Source: an uncultured Chloroflexia bacterium (GTDB lineage Bacteria > Chloroflexota > Anaerolineae > Anaerolineales > UBA4823). From it: a stretch of 64,000 nucleotides of DNA. Under the pieces are notes generated by a model, which saw only the letters and a list, made by a program, of their open reading frames with translations, was not told the DNA's origin and ran no database searches. Made by a program: the position numbers and the translations under genes. Shown here in pieces: positions 51,101 through 61,440 of the stretch (positions within the stretch are counted from its first letter, which is position 1; each line of letters begins with the position of its first letter). The stretch lies in the NCBI GenBank assembly GCA_963849335.1, contig CAWKGZ010000003.1, positions 1,132,022-1,196,021 of the forward strand. Direction: 5' to 3'.

Positions 51101-52186
51101 CTCCGCGATGACACCGCCGGCGGCGATTCGAATGGCGATAACAATTCCACCTTGCCTGCGGCTGGCGCCTGGACTGGACTTTATGTGCCCGGTGGTAATG
51201 CCAGCTTTACCTATGCCGAGATCCGCTATGGGGGCGGCGTGTTTTTTAATGGCGATAGCACTGCCTGCCACTATGGCAACCTGCGCAAGGGTGGGACGGG
51301 AACTTTAACCACCGATCACCTGACCTCCATGTACAGCGGCTGCAGCGGGCTGTGGCTGACCAGCACAGTCACCCAGGCCGAGATCGTGGATTCGCACTTC
51401 CTGAACAACAACGGCTGGGGGGTGCTGTTCCAATCCTCCACCAGCGACCTGCTGTTGCAGGGAACCCTGATCGACCACAACACCACCGGCGGGCTGCACA
51501 TCAACAATCCGGGTGGGGTCACGGAGATCATGCGCAATACCATCGTCGCCAACGCCGGCGCCGGGATCCAGGTTGTCAACGAGACCGCCGCGCTCATCGG
51601 CGGTACGGATGTGGATGGCAATAACCTGTATGGCAACCAGTTTTTCCAGCTCCAGAATTTGAATGCCACATTCAGCGTGGATGCCAGCCACAACTGGTGG
51701 GGGATCAACCCGCCCTTCACCGCAGAGATTTCTGGATTGGTAGATTCCACCTCGCCGTTGACTGCCCCTGCCGTCAATGCGCCTGTCTACCTGGCGGATA
51801 TCGCCCTCTCGGCGGACAGCATCCCGGCGAAGGCCATGCTCAACGAAACAGTCGTTTACACGATCGATATCGCCAACCAGGGGCCGCGCGAAGCCTACCA
51901 CCTGGTGATCACTGCCAGCGTGCCAGACCCGGCTGAGCTGCTCACGGTCAGCGGCACTGGCTGGGACTGCAGCGTGGATGGCAACCAGTTTAGCTGCTAT
52001 CTGCCTTACCTGGCAGTCGATGGGACAGCGGCGATCAGCTTCTCGATGCGCTCCGCGGTCGCTTCCCCAATCAGCTTTGACGTCTCGATCAGCCAGGCGA
52101 ACAACGATCCTGACGCAGAAAATAGCCGGCTGACCATCGATACAACGATCGTCATGCAGGTCAGGCTGCCTTTGATCACCAAGTAA
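48107..52186 (+). CDS. Large secreted or surface protein: signal anchor, five tandem right-handed beta-helix modules, further beta-helix region, C-terminal DUF11-like domain
   Basis: From MYINNWHDKSLIKTLLLSFISLLLITGLLMG (ATG 48107, RBS GGAGG). The modules (~221 aa) each contain ...TLTIPAGAVVKFNG...LRDDTAGGDTNGDG...EYAEIRYGG...NSGYGVCLNN... The C-terminal region, AKAMLNETVVYTIDIANQGPREAYHLVITASVP, resembles the DUF11 conserved repeat domain. Confidence 0.85.
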   Translation: MYINNWHDKSLIKTLLLSFISLLLITGLLMGDTNLAAARSEKSVVIPGATISTDTTWTLANSPYVITGWVYVNAGVTLTIEPGVVVKFSGTIGMVNYGTLDVNGVDGTPVIFTEYRDDTAGGDTNGDLGATSPAPGAWTGMYVTNNADAFFEYTEIRYGGAVFFNGDSTAPHYGNLRKDGAGTLTLDHTVVTQSLSCGVRFDTSNGVNTIADSTFSFNSGYGVCLNNPVNTISFSGSTFTQNAPWSIYTTPFSSGFSIPPDNILDKPIFVDTGSMAVDSTWSRQVYLINNLTVDTGMTLTIPAGAVVKFNGPTSLAVNGTLEVNGNDSSPVIFTDLRDDTAGGDSNGDAGGSLPTPGGWNGMYVRNNANASFEYAEIRYGGAVFFNGDSTAPHYGNLRKDGAGTLTLDHTRITQSLSCGLRLDGTSGVNTITDSTFDLNSGYGVCLNNAGNTVSFSGSLFSQNGPWSIYTTPFSSGFSIPPDNILDKPIFVDTGSMAVDSTWSRQVYLINNLTVDTGITLTIPAGAVVKFNGSTSMAVNGTLDVNGTDGTPVIFTELRDDTAGGDTNGDGGDTLPAPGGWNGMYVRNNANASFEYAEIRYGGAVFFNGDSTAPHYGNLRKDGAGTLTLDHTVVTQSLSCGVRFDTSNGVNTIADSTFSFNSGYGVCLNNPVNTISFSGSTFTQNAPWSIYTTPFSSGFSIPPDNILDKPIFVDTGSMAVDSTWSRQVYLINNLTVDTGMTLTIPAGAVVKFNGSTSLAVNGTLEVNGTDGTPVIFTDLRDDTAGGDTNGDGGSTLPAPGGWNGMYVGNNANASFEYAEIRYGGAVFFNGDTTAPHYGNLRKDGAGTLTLDHTVVTQSLNCGVRFDSSNGVNTIADSTFSFNSGYGVCLNNPVNTISFSGSTFAQNAPWSIYTTPLSSGFSIPPDNILDKPIFVDTGSMAVDSTWSRQVYVTNSFTVDSGYSLTIPAGAVLKFIGMTGITAAGTLDVNGTEALPVIITELRDDTAGGDSNGDNNSTLPAAGAWTGLYVPGGNASFTYAEIRYGGGVFFNGDSTACHYGNLRKGGTGTLTTDHLTSMYSGCSGLWLTSTVTQAEIVDSHFLNNNGWGVLFQSSTSDLLLQGTLIDHNTTGGLHINNPGGVTEIMRNTIVANAGAGIQVVNETAALIGGTDVDGNNLYGNQFFQLQNLNATFSVDASHNWWGINPPFTAEISGLVDSTSPLTAPAVNAPVYLADIALSADSIPAKAMLNETVVYTIDIANQGPREAYHLVITASVPDPAELLTVSGTGWDCSVDGNQFSCYLPYLAVDGTAAISFSMRSAVASPISFDVSISQANNDPDAENSRLTIDTTIVMQVRLPLITK
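48230..51330 (+). repeat. Intragenic tandem repeat, period 663 bp, about 4.7 copies (outer copies diverged)
   Basis: CTACCTGATCAACAATCTCACCGTCGACACCGGGAT recurs at 48961, 49624 and 50287 (spacing 663), with a diverged copy near 50950. The stretch 48571-49039 is identical to 49897-50365. Confidence 0.9.
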
Positions 52187-52205
52187 TCCCTCTGATGCTT
52201 TAAAA

Positions 52206-52253
52206 GCCACCCACAGTGCAGGGTGAAACCCCGCTGCGTGGGTGGCGTTTTTT
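52206..52253 (+). terminator. Rho-independent terminator of the giant repeat protein gene
   Basis: GCCACCCAC-N23-GTGGGTGGC followed by GTTTTTTATT, 20 nt after the stop codon. Confidence 0.75.
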
Positions 52254-52313
52254 ATTAAGTTGGGGTATAGTTTAATGTGAATTAATCCTTGGTCATCTCA
52301 GGAGAACCCATCC

Positions 52314-53612
52314 ATGGTCACCGCCATGAGCCTGACCGAATTGATGGCAGAACCGCACACGATCGAAGATTTGCAGATTCCGCAAAATCTGGTGATCGAT
52401 ATCCTGCTGCGTCTGCTGTACAACGAAGGCAATGTCAATTTTCGGCGCATGTCCCAGGTGACGCGCGTGCCGACAGTATTGGACGAGGTGCTGGAATGGC
52501 TGCGCAAGGAACACCTGGTGGAGGTTTCGCAAGCCAGCGCCGGCGCCGGGCGCTTGAATTATGTGTTCAAGCTCACCCAGGCCGGCGAGGAACGCGCCCA
52601 GGCTGCTATGGAGCGCAGCCAATATGTCGGCCCATTCCCTGTGCCGGTGCACTATTACAATCGGGCGATCGAGCTGCAAACCCAGACGACGCGTAAAATT
52701 TCCCAGAAAAGAATCCAGGAAACCCTGAGCGACCTGATCCTGCCGGCGGATTTCCATCGCCGTATCGGCCCGGCAATCAACTCGGGCGCTTCGTTGTTCT
52801 TATATGGCCCGTCAGGCAATGGCAAGACCACCGTTGCCCAGAAGATCGCCGCGCTGGTTACTGGCACCGATCCCATTTGGCTGCCCTACGCCCTGACCGC
52901 TGGCGGGCAGATCATTCAAATCCATGACCGCCTGTTCCACACCCCGTTCCACTCGGAGCGCAGTAAAGCCAGCAGTGAGGGCGCCGATGGGCGCTGGAAT
53001 TTGTTCCACCGCCCATCGGTGGTAGTTGGCGGCGAGCTGAAGATGGAAGCGCTCGACCTACGCCTAGACCCGATGGCAAAGATTTATGAAGCTCCCCTGC
53101 AGCTTAAAGCCAATGGCGGCATCTTCCTGATCGATGACTTCGGACGGCAGCAGGTCAGCCCGGCCGACCTGCTCAACCGCTGGATCGTCCCACTCGAGAA
53201 CGGGGTGGACTACCTGCGCCTGCGCACCGGTCAGACCATCGTGGTTCCTTTCCGCACACTGATCATCTTCAGTACCAACCTGGATCCCTACAAGCTGGCG
53301 GACGATGCCTTCTACCGCCGGATTCAAATGAAGGTGGGTATCTTCAGCCCCGACCGGGTACGCTTCCAGGCGACCTTCCAGCGGGTATGCGCTCAGATGG
53401 CGATGCCCTATGATGAAGAAAGCTTCGAGCACCTGGTAACCACCTGGTACCAGAAACCCGGGCGCACTTTTCAATCGGTCCATCCGCGTGACTTGCTGAA
53501 GATTGTGGTGGCTTTGTGTGAATATACCGGCTGCGCGCCCAGCCTGACCCCCGACCTGATCGATGAGGCCTGCGCCACCTATTTTGTCGAGGAGCGTTTT
53601 TCGGCAGGCTGA
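52314..53612 (+). CDS. AAA+ ATPase with N-terminal winged-helix-like domain (family not resolved)
   Basis: 432-aa ORF. Walker A is LFLYGPSGNGKTTVAQKIA and Walker B is GGIFLIDDFGRQ. Then LLNRWIVPLENGVDYLRL..GQTIVVPFRTLIIFSTNLDP (sensor 1) and DDAFYRRI (Arg finger region). The layout is reminiscent of MoxR/ChlI-type AAA+ proteins. Confidence 0.8.
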   Translation: MVTAMSLTELMAEPHTIEDLQIPQNLVIDILLRLLYNEGNVNFRRMSQVTRVPTVLDEVLEWLRKEHLVEVSQASAGAGRLNYVFKLTQAGEERAQAAMERSQYVGPFPVPVHYYNRAIELQTQTTRKISQKRIQETLSDLILPADFHRRIGPAINSGASLFLYGPSGNGKTTVAQKIAALVTGTDPIWLPYALTAGGQIIQIHDRLFHTPFHSERSKASSEGADGRWNLFHRPSVVVGGELKMEALDLRLDPMAKIYEAPLQLKANGGIFLIDDFGRQQVSPADLLNRWIVPLENGVDYLRLRTGQTIVVPFRTLIIFSTNLDPYKLADDAFYRRIQMKVGIFSPDRVRFQATFQRVCAQMAMPYDEESFEHLVTTWYQKPGRTFQSVHPRDLLKIVVALCEYTGCAPSLTPDLIDEACATYFVEERFSAG

Positions 53613-53646
53613 TCTCTTGCCCTTGCGAAACCCCCAGGCTGAACCA

Positions 53647-54783
53647 ATGGATGATCCAACCCTGCACACTACTGCGCCAGACATCATGATCATCGATGAT
53701 TCCATCGACAATCTCAGCCTGCTGACGCGCATCCTGCACCGGCGGGGCTACCAGGTACGCACCTTCACTAACGGTGCATCGGCATTGGCAGCCGCCTGCG
53801 TCCAACCGCCCGACCTGATCCTGCTGGATATTATGATGCCCGAAATGGACGGTTTTATGGTCTGCGAGCGGCTCAAATCGGCAGAGATTACCCGCCATGT
53901 GCCGGTGATCTTCTTGAGTGCGCTGAGCCAGACGGAGGATAAGCTGCGCGCCTTCCAGGCTGGGGGGGCGGATTACATCACCAAACCTTTCCATCACGAA
54001 GAGGTGCTGGTACGGGTGGATAATCACCTGCGCCTGCAGACCCTGCACCGCCAGCTTCTGCAAACCAACCAGCAGCTGCAGATCAGCAACCAGGCGCTGC
54101 AAATGCGCAATGAGGAGCTGGATGCGTTTGCGCAGACCGTCGCACATGACCTGAAAAACCCGCTGGGCAACGTGCTCGGGTATGCCTCCCTGCTGGCGGA
54201 TCATTATCCCCAGCTGAGCGAGGCTGACCGGTTGAATGCCGTTGACTGCATCGCCCGGGCGAGCAAGAATATGATGGGCATCATCGACGGGCTGCTGCTG
54301 CTGGCACGGGTGGGCAGCAGCGAGGTCACGTACACCCCACTCAACATGGGGCTGATCGTGCGCCAGGCGCTGGAGCGGCTAGCGCAGCCGCTGCACGAAT
54401 CCGGAGCGCAGGTAACCCTGTCCGAAAATTGGCCGGGAGCGATGGGCTACGCCCCCTGGGTGGAAGAAGTGTGGGTCAACTACCTGAGCAACGGGCTGAA
54501 ATACGGCGGGCAGCCACCGGTGCTAACCCTGGGCGGGGAGACGCAGCCCGGCGGCATGGTGCGCTTCTGGGTAGGCGACAACGGCGAAGGGCTGAGCGCG
54601 GAGCAGCAGAGCCACCTGTTCATCCCCTTCACCCGCCTGCAGGCGGGCAAAGTCAGCGGGCACGGGTTGGGCCTGTCGATCGTGCGCCGCATCATCGAGA
54701 AGCTGGGCGGGGCGGTAGGGGTGGAAAGCCAGCCGGGTAATGGCAGCCGGTTTTATTTTACGCTGCCATATATTCGTGTATGA
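53647..54783 (+). CDS. Hybrid histidine kinase REC-HisKA-HATPase_c (no sensor domain)
   Basis: From MDDPTLHTTAPDIMIIDDSIDNL (ATG 53647 within ORF 53563-54783). The receiver reads DLILLDIMMPEMDGF...VIFLSAL...ADYITKP. The H-box is FAQTVAHDLKNPLGNV and the catalytic core is NYLSNGLKYGG...DNGEGLS...GHGLGLSIVRRIIEKLGG. Confidence 0.85.
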   Translation: MDDPTLHTTAPDIMIIDDSIDNLSLLTRILHRRGYQVRTFTNGASALAAACVQPPDLILLDIMMPEMDGFMVCERLKSAEITRHVPVIFLSALSQTEDKLRAFQAGGADYITKPFHHEEVLVRVDNHLRLQTLHRQLLQTNQQLQISNQALQMRNEELDAFAQTVAHDLKNPLGNVLGYASLLADHYPQLSEADRLNAVDCIARASKNMMGIIDGLLLLARVGSSEVTYTPLNMGLIVRQALERLAQPLHESGAQVTLSENWPGAMGYAPWVEEVWVNYLSNGLKYGGQPPVLTLGGETQPGGMVRFWVGDNGEGLSAEQQSHLFIPFTRLQAGKVSGHGLGLSIVRRIIEKLGGAVGVESQPGNGSRFYFTLPYIRV

Positions 54784-55094
54784 AGAGACCATTGCTACAA
54801 TCCATTCTCATGCTGTATGGTAGGCCGAATAACGCCAAGACCCGCCCTGCCTGGTCGATACGGATTGCTGTCGGGGATTTGTAATTATCCGGCCGGGAAG
54901 GCGGGTTGGGGCATTGACGGTTTTGATGTTAGGCAGGGAGGGCGGGTCAAGGTTATAAAAGGTCAGAGGGCTTGCCAGATGGAGTGAGATATTGCCCAGG
55001 TGCCTGGCAATCAGACCCGCCCCTACGTGACCACCAGGCATTCTCAGGGTTGGCTGTTTTGGATGGCCACGCTAGATACCAGATCAGGGAGGTT

Positions 55095-57426
55095 CTATCG
55101 ATAAACCGAATATTCCACCTCCACCCTCGCCTGCCCGGTGAAATTTAACTCTAACCGGTACACCTCCTCCCCTTCCTGCTCCACCGCCACTGCCTCCCCA
55201 TTGCACCTTGCGCGGACCGGGCGCCTCGGCAGCCTCAGCCACAACGAACCCCTGGCCTCACGCCCCAGATCCACCGTCCACAATTCCAGCCGCCCCGGCT
55301 CAGCTTCCCACCCTTCAATCTCCAGCCCCTGGGTGATGTGCAGGGTATCGCCGACCAAAGCCGGCGCCCCCTCGTCCAGTGCGCCGAGGCGCAGCAAACG
55401 GCAGCCGTGGGCGGGGATTTCGGGGAAGACCAGCTCGGCCTCCGCCGTCTGCCAGCCGCGAGCAGCCCAGAAATCGAACACATAGACAGCCTGCCCGGGG
55501 GTAAATCCCAGCTGCCTTAGCGACAGGCGTTTGCTCGCCGGGCATTCCTGCCAGTTGAACAGCCCGACCAGGTGCCATCGGCCCGCGGCGCCTTTAACCG
55601 GCACGTGGTACAGCTCGGGCATATCCCGCTGCAGCAGATCGAGCGGCTGCCCGCCGGGACTGAGAATCGGGGTGAGCAGGCTGAGCTGCGCCAAACGCGG
55701 CGTGGGGAGGCGGGTCAGGTCGTCGCTGTCTACCAGCATGCCGCCCGAGAGGCCAACCAGCGTGACGTTGCTGCGCACTTCAGCCTCGCTCAGGCGGGTA
55801 TCCTGCGCTGCGCAGCAGCAGGCAGTCGGGGTCGTTCCACCACCAGCGGCGGTGCAGGGCGCTCAGGTTGAGCACGTGGCGCAGACTGTTGCGCAGCGAT
55901 GGCGGCGACGGCTCTTTTCTGAGCAGCCTGGTCGCCCAGGGCGCCCAGTTGAACCACGGCTCCCAGATGGGGGCGGTATCGGGCCCGATGCGCATCGCAT
56001 CCACCATGCCGATCGCCGGGCCGAAGGGACAACCGCAGCCGAGCAGGAAGGTCTGATCACCGGCTGCCTGGCGCATGACCTGCAGCCCGCGGCGCAGCGC
56101 CTGGGCGCGCGTGGCGTGGGGGTCATAGTGCCGCGCCGGCAGCGCCGCAGCATAGCAGAAGTCGAGCTTGAGCAGCCCATAGCCCCAGCGTTGGGTGATG
56201 GTTTCGGCAAGTGCCCACAGGTGTTCCTGCACCGCGGGATGGGTGGCATCCAGCGCCCGCCCAAAGAACTGGTAGAAGAATCCAGCATTGATCGGGCGGC
56301 GGCGTCCATCTTGCAGCAGCCAGTCCGGATGGTCACGCTCGATCGTCGAGCCGGGCTGGACGACGAACGGCGCTAACCACAGCCCGGGGAGATAGCCTGC
56401 CTGGCGCACGCATTCTGCCAGCGCCGCCAGCCCATGCGGGAACTTGGCATTGGTGGTGGTCCAATCCCCCCAGGCGGACTGGTAGCCGTCATCCAGCTGA
56501 ACGACCTGAAATGGAACCTGGCTGCGTGCAGCAGTGATCGCCTCCAGGTTGGCAATGAACTTCTCGGCGCTGATCTGCTGGTAAAAGTGGTACCAGTGCG
56601 TCCACTGCAACTGCGGCTCAAGCTGCGTGCGCGCGCCCATCTGCCGCGCCACGGCGCAGACATATTCGCGCCCCGGGTCAGGGTCCGGCAGCGGCAGCAC
56701 CTGCAGGTAGCCCCACTCCGAGGCGAAGCTTTCGCCGGGGGCGAGCAGCACCCCATCCGCCTGGGTCGCCAGGCGCAGGCTAAGCTCGCCGGGGCGGCAG
56801 CAAGCCTGCACCTGCCCGAACTGGTCCGCCATGGAGGCCAATCCGACGACCAGCGCGGCCCGCTCCCCCGCCAGGATAGCCCAACCTTCGCTGTTGAACT
56901 CCCCCCGCCGGCGGGAAAACAGCGTGGTGGGGTTGGTGTATTGTCTACGCACCAGGCTGCCCAGCAGGGTGTGCGGCTCCCCTTCCGCGGCATGGCGCAG
57001 CCCACTGTACGACCAGCCATGCCAGCCCAGCTTGAAGAAATCAAGCCCCCGACCAGGCGCATCCATTTGCAGCTGCCCCGGTGCGGTCTCCAGCAGTACC
57101 AGCTCATGCAGATACCTCGCCTGCTGGCTGAGGTTGAGCACCGAAAGCCGCAGCAGCAGGAAGGGCCGCTGCGGGTAGTGCTTGATGGAGTAGGTCAGCT
57201 CCAGCCCGTCCGCCACCCTGCCACGAAGCGTGAGCTGCATGCCTTCCCCATGCACATCGCGCACCTGCGTCTGCTGCGTGGAGCAGCGATCTGGTGCCAA
57301 GTCGACGCGGCGCGGCTTGCCGCTGGGAAGGGCGTAGAACAAATGGGCAGAGCCATCGGCTATACGCATGCCGGACTCGCTGCAGAAATTAAGACCGTGC
57401 TCCTGGAGCGAATAAGAAATTTTCAT
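55095..57426 (-). CDS. GH36-family alpha-galactosidase-like glycoside hydrolase; one frameshift near ~55790
   Basis: ORF 55780-57426 contains ...FQVVQLDDGYQSAWGDW...GLWLAPFVV...GYGLLKLDFCYAA...RIGPDT...NDPDCLLLR. The C-terminal beta-sandwich continues in ORF 55095-55778 (...VTLVGLSGGMLVDSDDL...LVGLFNW...). Confidence 0.8.
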
Positions 57427-57737
57427 AGGTACTCAGCACATTTCCTGAGATTCACCAGCCATCCTGCTTTCTAAAAAAAATTTCGCGTGGATTAGCGGAT
57501 AATTCGTTGTTCATTGCAGTACCCAACCGGATAAATTATACAAGATATCCGGTAGTAAACCATCCACTACAAAGGACACGAAGATCTTTTAATAAACTCT
57601 TTGCCCCAAAGGATGGAAAAGAACGACTGAAGTCGTTACTACAATTGGTGGGTTCTTATGACCAGGCACGAAGGTACACAAAGGTTTTTGGTGAATAATC
57701 GGTTAGAATCAACCTGCACCAAGGAATAGGAGGCACG

Positions 57738-59234
57738 ATGCACATCCGCCAAACCCCAGGCTTGACCTTCGACGATGTCCTGCTCGTCCCCCGGCGCTCT
57801 GCCATCGCCAGCCGCTCAGCGGTGGATACCCGCGCCCGCCTGACCCGCCGCCTGATGCTGGCAATCCCGCTGATCAGCGCCAACATGGATACCGTCACCG
57901 AGGCCAATATGGCGATTGCCATGGCCCAGGCGGGCGGGCTAGGCGCCATCCACCGCTTCATGACCCCGGAGCGACAGGCGGCTGAGGTGTTGCGGGTGAA
58001 GCGCGCCGAATCATTCGTGGTCGAATCGCCCGCCAGCATCCCCCCGGAGGCCTCGGTGGCACAGGCGCGCCAGCTGCTGGCTGAACTGGAGATTGGCGGC
58101 TTGTTGGTCACCGACGCGGCCAACCGCCTGCTGGGCATGCTGACCAACCGCGATGTACTGTTTGCACCCGACCCGCTGGCAGCGGTCTCGACGGTGATGA
58201 CCCCGCGCGAGCAGCTGATCACCCTGTCTGCCAGCGGTTCGCAGGGCGAGAACCTGGAGCATGCCCGGGCGCTTCTGCACACTCACCGCATCGAGAAGCT
58301 GCCCCTGATCAACGAAGCGGGCGAGACCATCGGGTTGGTCACGGCCCAGGATATCATCAAGCACGAGCAATACCCCCACGCCACCAAGGACAGCAAAGGC
58401 CGTCTGTGCGTCGCTGCCGCGGTGGGGGTCAAACCCGGCGATCTGCTGCGCTGGGAGGCCTGCGTGGCTGCCGGCGCCGACGCGCTGGTGGTGGATATCG
58501 CCCACGGGCACTCCGATCACGCCATCCAGGTGGTGCGTGAGCTGAAGCACAGCTTCCCCCAGGTGGAGATCATCGCTGGCAATGTCGCCACCGCCCAGGG
58601 CGTGTTCGACCTGGCGGAGGCGGGCGCGGATGCGGTCAAGGTGGGCGTCGGCTCGGGCTCCATCTGCACCACACGCATCGTCACCGGCTATGGCGTGCCG
58701 CAACTCACCGCCATCATGGACTGCGCCTTAGCGGCGCGGCAGGCGGGCATACCCTTGATCGCCGATGGCGGCATCCGCACCGGCGGCGACCTGACCAAGG
58801 CGCTGGCGGCGGGCGCCGACACCGCCATGATCGGCAGCCTGCTGGCGGGCACCGAGGAAAGCCCGGGCGCCAGCGTGGTGCGCGATGGGCGGCGCTACAA
58901 GATCGTGCGCGGCATGGCTTCGCTCTCCGCCAATATCGAGCGCAAGATGGTCGAGAAGGGCGGCGAGGTCGACCTGGTGGATTGGGAGCAGGTGGTGCCC
59001 GAAGGTGTGGAGGCGATCGTGCCTTACCGCGGCGCGGTGACTGACCTGCTGCACCAACTGGTCGGTGGGCTGCGCTCGGGGATGAGCTATGCCGGGGCGA
59101 ACACGCTAAGCAAGCTGCACGAGAATGCAGAGTTCATCTGCATCAGCGGGGCGGGGATGCGCGAGAGCGGGGCGCACGATGTGGAGAAGATGGTAGAGAA
59201 GATTACCACAGAGAACACAGAGATTCACCACTGA
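57738..59234 (+). CDS. guaB: IMP dehydrogenase with CBS pair
   Basis: 498-aa ORF preceded by AGGAGG. It reads [10 protein letters not shown]...[11 protein letters not shown]..., then a CBS pair, then IIAGNVAT...[14 protein letters not shown] (catalytic Cys loop)...[20 protein letters not shown]...GMAS. The last ~10 codons run into an intergenic repeat motif. Confidence 0.9.
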   Translation: MHIRQTPGLTFDDVLLVPRRSAIASRSAVDTRARLTRRLMLAIPLISANMDTVTEANMAIAMAQAGGLGAIHRFMTPERQAAEVLRVKRAESFVVESPASIPPEASVAQARQLLAELEIGGLLVTDAANRLLGMLTNRDVLFAPDPLAAVSTVMTPREQLITLSASGSQGENLEHARALLHTHRIEKLPLINEAGETIGLVTAQDIIKHEQYPHATKDSKGRLCVAAAVGVKPGDLLRWEACVAAGADALVVDIAHGHSDHAIQVVRELKHSFPQVEIIAGNVATAQGVFDLAEAGADAVKVGVGSGSICTTRIVTGYGVPQLTAIMDCALAARQAGIPLIADGGIRTGGDLTKALAAGADTAMIGSLLAGTEESPGASVVRDGRRYKIVRGMASLSANIERKMVEKGGEVDLVDWEQVVPEGVEAIVPYRGAVTDLLHQLVGGLRSGMSYAGANTLSKLHENAEFICISGAGMRESGAHDVEKMVEKITTENTEIHH

Positions 59235-59306
59235 GAACGCAGAGAAAGATACTTACACGAGATCAAGAGCGCTGAGCAAATAAGAAAACTCTGTGTGCTC
59301 CGTGGT
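59205..59306. repeat. Imperfect hairpin of the ACCACAGAGAACACAGAG motif family, overlapping the guaB stop
   Basis: ACCACAGAGAACACAGAG (59205-59222) pairs with CTCTGTGTGCTCCGTGGT (59289-59306) with 2 mismatches. Related CTCTGTG(A/T)...CTCTGTGGTGA motifs lie at ~29541-29590. Confidence 0.6.
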
Positions 59307-59355
59307 GAATTCATTGACTACACGACAAAACTAAACTTGCATTGAGGATGACACC

Positions 59356-61440
59356 ATGGCAAAATTGAATACCCTAAGAGCGCCACCGGGGAACAGGTGG
59401 ATGATTATCATGGCACGCGGGTGGCTGATCCGTACCGCTGGCTGGAGGACACCGACTCGGCGGAGACCCGGGCGTGGATCGAGGCGCAGAACAAGCTCAC
59501 CTTCGGCTTCCTGGAGCGCATCCCCGAGCGGGAGATGCTGCGCCAGCGGCTGACCGAGCTGTGGGATTATCCCAAAGCCTGGGCGCCGCTGCAAAAAGGG
59601 CAGCCGCTATTTCCAGCTGCGCAACTCCGGGCTGCAAAACCAGGATGTGCTGTATGTGATGGACAACCTGAAAACCGAGCCGCGCCTGCTGCTCGATCCC
59701 AACACACTCTCCAGCGACGGCACAGTGGCGCTGACCGGGTGGGAAGCCAGTCCTGACGGGCACTGGCTGGCTTACGCCACCTCCGCCAGTGGCTCAGACT
59801 GGTTGACATGGCGGGTGCGGGACGTGGACTCCGGCGCCGATCTGCCCGACTTGATCGAATGGAGCAAGTTCTCCGGCGCGGCCTGGCTGCAGGATAACAG
59901 CGGATTTTATTATTCCCGCTATGACGCCCCCGAGGCGGGCCAGGAATACCTGAACGCTACCTACTACCACAAACTTTACTTCCACACCTTGAATACACCC
60001 CAGGCAGAGGATACGCTGGTCTACCAGCGAGCGGACCAGAAGGAATGGGGCTTCGGCGCCCAGGTCAGCGACGAAGGGCGCTACCTGATCATTAATGTCT
60101 GGCAGGGCACCGAGGTTCGCAACCGCCTGTTCTACCAGGATCTGCACGAGGGCGGTCCTGCCGTCGAGCTGATCGCCGAGATGGAAGCTGCCTACGCCTT
60201 CCTGGGCAACGATGGTCCGCTCTTCTACCTGCGCACCGACCTGGAGGCGCCGCGCGGCAAAATTATCCTGGTGGATATCCGCCAGCCGGAAAAAGCCAGC
60301 TGGCGCACCCTGGTGCCCGAGTCGGCGGATGTGATCGAGTCCGCCAAGCTGCTGCAGGATACCTTCATCTGCGTTGAGCTGCACGACGCCCACCACCGGA
60401 TGCGGCAATACGGGTTGGATGGCACGCCGCGGGGTGAGATCCCGCTGCCCACGCTGGGCAGCATCGTGCTGATGGAGAATTGGGGCTTCAACGGCAGCCG
60501 CAGAGACCGGGAGCTGTTCATTGCCTTCCAGTCCTTTGCCTGGCCCACCACCATCTACCGCTACATTCTGCGCCAGGAAGGCCTGGAGACGCTCTTCACC
60601 CCGCCGATCCAGTTCGATTTCAGCCCTTATATCACCCGGCAGGTGTTCGTCCCTTCCAAGGACGGGACGCGCATACCCTTGTTCCTGGTGCACCGGCGGG
60701 AGCTGCCGGATGGGCCACAGCCGGCATTTCTCTACGGCTATGGCGGCTTCTCAATCTCAATGACCCCCAGCTTCATCATCAGCCGGCTGGCCTGGCTGGA
60801 GCGCGGCGGCGTGCTGGCAGTGGCGAATTTGCGCGGCGGCGGCGAGTACGGCGAAGAATGGCACAAAGCGGGCAGTTTGGAGAACAAGCAAAATGTGTTC
60901 GATGATTTCATCGCCTGCGCCGAGTATTTGATCGCCCAGGGCATCACCCGCGCCGATAAGCTCGCCATCCACGGCGGCTCGAATGGCGGGCTGCTGGTCG
61001 GCGCCTGCCTGGCGCAGCGCCCCGACCTGTTCGGCGCAGCTATTCCCGCGGTTGGGGTGCTGGATATGCTGCGTTTCCACAAGTTCACCATCGGCTGGGC
61101 GTGGGTCAGCGACTATGGCTCGGCAGATGACCCAGCGCAGTTCAAGACTCTGTATGCCTACTCACCGCTGCACAATCTGAAGCCCGGCACGGCCTATCCG
61201 CCCACGCTGATCACCACCGCCGATCACGACGACCGGGTGGTGCCCGGGCACTCGTTCAAATTTGCCGCCGCGCTGCAGGCGGCGCAAGGCGGCGAGGCGC
61301 CGGTATTGATCCGCATCCAAACCAAAGCCGGGCACGGCTTTGGCAAGCCCACCGCCATCCTGATCGAAGAGCAGGCCGATTTGTGGGCGTTTGTGATCGA
61401 GGTGTTGGGACTATCGGACGCGGATAGATTAAACCTTTAA
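59356..61440 (+). CDS. Prolyl oligopeptidase (S9A serine peptidase); two N-terminal frameshifts at homopolymers (G4 59388-59391; A5G3 59593-59600)
   Basis: [11 protein letters not shown] | [34 protein letters not shown]...[13 protein letters not shown] | [22 protein letters not shown]... (ORF 59647-61440). The catalytic region reads [15 protein letters not shown] (Ser), ...[11 protein letters not shown] (Asp) and ...KAGHG (His). Confidence 0.8.

Noticed and set aside
48500-52210. Series of antisense and alternative-frame ORFs inside the giant repeat gene (e.g. 49604-50011, 50267-50674, 51305-52210)
   Set aside because: They recur with the 663-bp period only because the DNA is repeated. The sense frame is a continuous 1359-aa beta-helix protein with signal anchor, promoter and terminator.
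54808-55041. 77-aa minus-strand ORF in the 310-bp gap between convergent genes
   Set aside because: It has no RBS, odd composition, and overlaps inverted-repeat elements (GGGCGGGTC...GACCCGCCC and ATTGCCCAGGTGCCTGGCAAT). It is more likely a structured spacer.
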